Shown: positions 62,154 to 64,000 of the stretch, in pieces
Layout: the number at the start of each line of letters is the position of its first letter
Position numbering within the stretch: the first letter of the stretch is position 1
Assembly (NCBI GenBank): GCA_044892525.1
Contig: CM097886.1
Location: forward strand, 136,400,001 to 136,464,000
DNA: 64,000 nucleotides
DNA from: Schmidtea polychroa
Lineage: Eukaryota
Direction of reading: 5' to 3'
Notes under the pieces: model-generated
Seen by the model: the letters and a program-made list of their open reading frames with translations, nothing else
Told to the model about the DNA's origin: nothing
Databases searched by the model: none
Program-made: the position numbers and the translations under genes

Positions 62154-62888
62154 CGAGATCCATGGCTGTGAGATGTTCATTTCCTCCAGACATAACAAAG
62201 CTGTATCCCGTTCGAATCAAATTCGTACCTTCTGGACATTCGTAGGTGTCATTTTTAGATAATTCTTGAAAGTGTCTTGCAAAGAGAATTTCAGATCTGT
62301 TGATTGCTGCTCTCTCACCTTTCATTCCAATATCACCCTGAATACCGGGAATTCCTTTAATACCAACTTTTCCTTTAATTTTTAAACCAGTTGGTCCTGA
62401 TCCTCCTCTTTCTCCTTGTTTACCTTTTATTAAGCCAGGAAGACCCTTTTCTCCTTTATTTCCCCTTTCTCCTTCTTCGCCAATTGTACCATTTTTTCCT
62501 TCATCGCCAGTTTCTCCCTTTTCCCCTTTAGTTATTTTACCAGGCAGTCCCTTTTCTCCTTTTACCGATTTTCCAATAACTCCTTTTCCTCCTCTTTTTC
62601 CACCAATTCCTTGAGGTCCAATAGGACCAATGGGGCCTGATTTGCCTTTTTCCCCTATGTCTCCTTTTAAACCTTGTTCTCCTATTTCACCCTTTTTACC
62701 GATCTCTCCAATTTCACCTTTATCTCCAATATCACCTTTAGTGCCATTTTCTCCTTTCTCTCCCATTTCGCCTTTAAGTCCTCTTTCACCAGGACTGCCT
62801 CTCTCTCCAGTTGTTCCATTTTCACCCATTTCACCTCTTATGGCATCAGTTCCATTTTTTCCAACTTCTCCTTGATCTCCAATAGGTC
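62154..62888 (-). CDS. COL4A: Collagen type IV alpha chain exon (Gly-X-Y plus NC1 start)
   Basis: Gly-X-Y repeats followed by ILFARHFQ...CPEG...GYS...DLG. Confidence 0.93.
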
Positions 62889-63312
62889 CTAAAAATAATT
62901 TAACATAAATAAAATTCAATCCTTAAACAATTTTTTCATCAAAAATATGATACAAAAAGGTGGCAACGTTAAAGACGAATTCATTAATTTTGCCTAATTT
63001 CAACAATACAAATTAATTTATAAATTAATTAATTTAAATTGGCATTAATCAATTCTTTTTGAAAAGAAAATAACCAATTTTGGTAGTCCCACTGATAGCA
63101 GAACCCTTTATAAAACCAGTTATGCCCAGCAACAGGAGCCCGTTTCAAAGTAAAGTTTATCCTTGGTAAACTTAACCAAAGCTTTTTCATTTGAAATTAC
63201 TTTGAACTTAAAAAACCAAAACCCTTGAAGCGTCACATAAACCTATTGCATTTAAATTTAAAAAACTGAGAAATCTTTTTCGTTATGTCAAAATATTATA
63301 TATAATGTTCAC

Positions 63313-64000
63313 CTGTTTTCCCATCATCTCCTCTAGATCCGCGATGACCTTTTTTTCCATGTTTTCCCAACACTGGCTCCCCATTCTCACCTTTTTGTCC
63401 TTGCAGTCCAAATCTTCCTGTAAAAGATTACCATAAAATAGTAGGAGGTTTAGTATCAAAACCTGTTAATCCCTTTTCCCCCTTTTCACCTTTATCTCCA
63501 GGTTTTCCTCTATAACCTGAACTACCATCCATACTTCGACCACACGCAGCCCCTTTATCGCCTGGATCTCCTAAAGGACCTTTATCTCCAATGGGTCCGA
63601 CTTTACCGAGTGAACCAAAATCTCCTTGATTACCCTTATTACCAATTGTTCCATTGATACCTTAAAGTTTTTAATTTTCATTTACTCAAAATCTATGCAT
63701 CTCACCTTCAGTTCCATTAGATCCAATGTCACCTTGAATACCTTTTTCCCCCATGTCCCCAATGCTTCCATTTTTTCCAGTAGTTCCATTGACTCCAGAA
63801 GGTCCCTGCTCCCCTAAAAAATATTTTTAACATATTTAATTTGATTTATATATTTATACCTTTTTCTCCTTTATCTCCATCTGTTATATTCATTGATTTA
63901 AAGCCTCGATTTCCTCTATGACCTCTTTGTCCTTTCTCGCCTTTGGTACTATTAACATAGTCTCCTTTTTCACCCGCTTTGCCTTTATCCCCTTTCATTC
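63313..64000 (-). CDS. COL4A: Collagen type IV alpha chain Gly-X-Y exons 63313-63417, 63463-63660, 63706-63813 and 63860 to beyond 64000
   Basis: In-frame Gly-X-Y with 45-46 nt phase-1 GT-AG introns; the gene continues beyond the window. Confidence 0.9.

Noticed and set aside
62630-62892. Plus-strand Pro/Ser/Phe-rich ORFs
   Set aside because: Antisense shadows of collagen Gly-X-Y codons.

Overview
Very AT-rich animal genomic DNA with nine N-gaps, long (TA)n/(AAT)n microsatellites and 44-46 nt minimal introns. These traits plus an Hsmar1-like mariner suggest a triclad planarian (inference). Host genes supported: (1) a plus-strand RNF38/RNF44-like RING-H2 E3 ligase with exons from about 1.9/4.1 kb to 31.7 kb; (2) intronless TP53RK/Bud32 kinase at 37254-37970; (3) a divergent rhodopsin-type 7TM receptor at 52685-53637; (4) the 3' end of a minus-strand type IV collagen at 58308 to beyond 64000. 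Introns and intergenic DNA are packed with mobile elements: an apparently intact autonomous hAT transposon, several hAT/piggyBac/Tc1/Ginger-type MITEs, mariner and hAT relics, a Gypsy LTR with PBS, and two Penelope-like element families. One Penelope family carries a minimal hammerhead ribozyme and repeatedly forms palindromes joined at the ribozyme. The least explained part is a GC-enriched island at about 39.2-47.7 kb with orphan ORFs, CCAAT clusters, a 29-bp tandem array and a perfect 28-bp inverted repeat. The collagen IV NC1 domain appears to lack both sulfilimine cross-link residues. All calls are from reading the sequence by eye; no searches were run.
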